This document shows, in pieces, positions 62,359 through 64,000 of a DNA stretch of 64,000 nt. Position numbers and translations under genes: made by a program. The notes under the pieces were generated by a model. It did no database searches. It was not told the origin of the DNA and saw only the letters and a list, made by a program, of their open reading frames with translations. The number at the start of each line of letters is the position of its first letter. The first letter of the stretch is position 1. Origin of the DNA: Psammoneis japonica (taxonomy: Eukaryota); assembly GCA_008632985.1 (NCBI GenBank), contig QPGO01000055.1, forward strand, positions 349,100 through 413,099. Reading direction: 5' to 3'.

Positions 62359-62838
62359 CGTTCCAAAAGCGTTCCAAAAGCGTTCCAAAACCGTTCCGAG
62401 AACGTTCTCGATTGCACCAATTCGCGCGGAAATCAAACTTTGGAGCCTCTTAATCTGGCAATGAGACACATGATGCATTGCAGTTGGTGCACTGTTGTTA
62501 GAACCATTTGAGCATGGCACAATGGTGTAAAAGTTTAACAGATTAGATGGATTTATTGCAAAAAGGTGCACCCGTCAAAACAGGTCACCATTTTCTCTAA
62601 GAAAAAGAACGGCTGTTAGAAGTCTCAATGATTTTGATTTACAGTGGCTGTGAGTTGAACTGCAAAGTGTTGTTGTAACTGCTGGCATTGTTTGACACTA
62701 AACCACATCTACAACAACCGCCAATGGCTCCAACACGGAAATGCCATTCGACGAAATGGGCATTTCATCATTCCCGTGTTTCCACCGTTCCGGGACCGCA
62801 CCAAAAGCGTTCCGAAACCGCACCAAAAGCGTTCCCGA
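62359..62838. repeat. Two clusters of 11-bp CGTTCCAAAAG-type repeats in the transposon spacer
   Basis: 62359-62410 has three to four units ending in the palindrome CGAGAACGTTCTCG; 62785-62838 has CGCACCAAAAGCGTTCC twice. Confidence 0.8.
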
Positions 62839-63032
62839 AGGGAATCTCTCTAAAAGGCCTGACATCAGAGCATTGTTTTTAGACGTTGGAAACGAATGAG
62901 AACCCCACCCGACCATCAATCCACCTGTGATGCGGCAACAAAAACACTGCTGCACGGAACTGGCGCCGCAGCAATCTTGTCAGCATGTGACATGAAACAT
63001 CATGCGCGCAACACACGTCTGTGTTGCTCACC

Positions 63033-64000
63033 ATGCAAATGCGCCTGCCCAAAGCCACAGCAGATTATCTTGCGGGGACAGTCATCCAGAGGCCGATGAG
63101 GTCACAACGGATTTGGAACCGCAGATTTGCCTCGTGCTTCTGCTCTCCGCGAGACGCAGTGTGTGAGTTGTGGGGCCTTCTTGAAGATGATGGCAACATC
63201 CCACGCGGATTTCTGCCCACTCATTTGTTGCACACATTTTGTTTTCTGAAACTGCATGACACTGAAACCACAATGGCCAGAATCTGCGGTGGCACACACG
63301 AGGATACGTTGAGAAAATGGGTGTGGGTTGGGATGGCGCTAATTGCGAATTTGAACTTGGTGCGTGCCATGACTCCAATTTCTCTTTGAAAATCAATGCA
63401 CTGACATTTGATTCACCATAATTTCATCACAGATTGATTGGGAGAACAGGTTTGTGGATGACAATGGCAGTGCATGCAAGGTGACGGTGGACGGCACTGA
63501 CTTTCGCATCAACGAACCATCGCCGTTCGATCCCATCTGGCATTCGCATGAATTCAACGGCGCAGGGCTCAGGTGCGAAATCGCCACATGCATTCAGACA
63601 GGTTGGACAGTTTGGGTGAATGGCCCCCACCCAGCTGGCATTCCTGATTTGAGCATGGCACGAGAGGCGATCAATTGTGAACTTCAAGATGGAGAGTTTT
63701 GCTCAGCTGATGGGGCATGCAGTGACGGACACCAGTGTTGTGTGGCCCCGACCGGCCTGCGCAATGCCGACCAACACATGAAGACCGTCGCTCGCGCCCG
63801 CCACGAAGCTGTCAACGGTTGGTTCAAGCGCTTCCAAATGATGACAAGAACGTGTCGTCATGATCGATTGACGCATCACCTTGCCTTCCAAGCAGTGGCG
63901 AACATCACACAGCTTTCCATTGTGATGGGACACACACCCTTTGAAGTGGAATGCTCAGATGAACAGGAACCCATTGAGAAATTAGGACATTTTGCAACAT
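63033..64000 (+). pseudogene. Harbinger/ISL2EU-type DDE transposase, hypermutated at TpA
   Basis: Exon 63033-63359, intron 63360-63432, exon 63433 to beyond 64000. Motifs HLL..FLKL.DTE, TLRKWVW, VTVDGTDF (D1), ADG (D2), RARHEAVN (E), AVANITQL. Confidence 0.85.

Larger units (their letters stand above)
60943..64000. mobile_element. PIF/Harbinger-superfamily (IS5/ISL2EU-like DDE) DNA transposon with two divergent ORFs; runs off the window
   Basis: Transposase on the plus strand and a second ORF on the minus strand, with short repeats in the spacer. TIR and TSD were not identified, so the left end is approximate. Confidence 0.78.

Overview
Eukaryotic nuclear DNA, very likely from a diatom: it has a fucoxanthin-chlorophyll LHC gene with an AAAFAP plastid-targeting motif, short GT-AG introns, and diatom-type DUF1800-DUF1501 and LRR genes. 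About 15 host genes or gene remnants are present: two DUF1800-DUF1501 fusion paralogs, a truncated deiodinase-like selenoprotein abutting a cNMP-dependent kinase, an LRR membrane protein built from 72-nt exons, and NmrA-like, CobW, sulfotransferase-like, GST/Grx, SET, LHC and ABCG genes. They are interleaved with sharply bounded blocks (about 5.6-9.7, 15.5-20.5, 22.4-27.0, 28.6-34.5, 35.9-37.2 and 61.1-64.0 kb) in which the dinucleotide TpA is almost absent and TpG/CpA are in excess. The clearest block is a PIF/Harbinger-type DNA transposon. Positions expected to be Tyr in its transposase read Cys or His (TAY to TGY or CAY), while CpG is still plentiful. This points to a repeat-targeted, double-stranded TpA-to-TpG/CpA (A:T to G:C) hypermutation process, opposite in direction to fungal RIP and separable from CpG decay. 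This is the main candidate for an undescribed system. All counts and splice models were read by eye and need computational confirmation.
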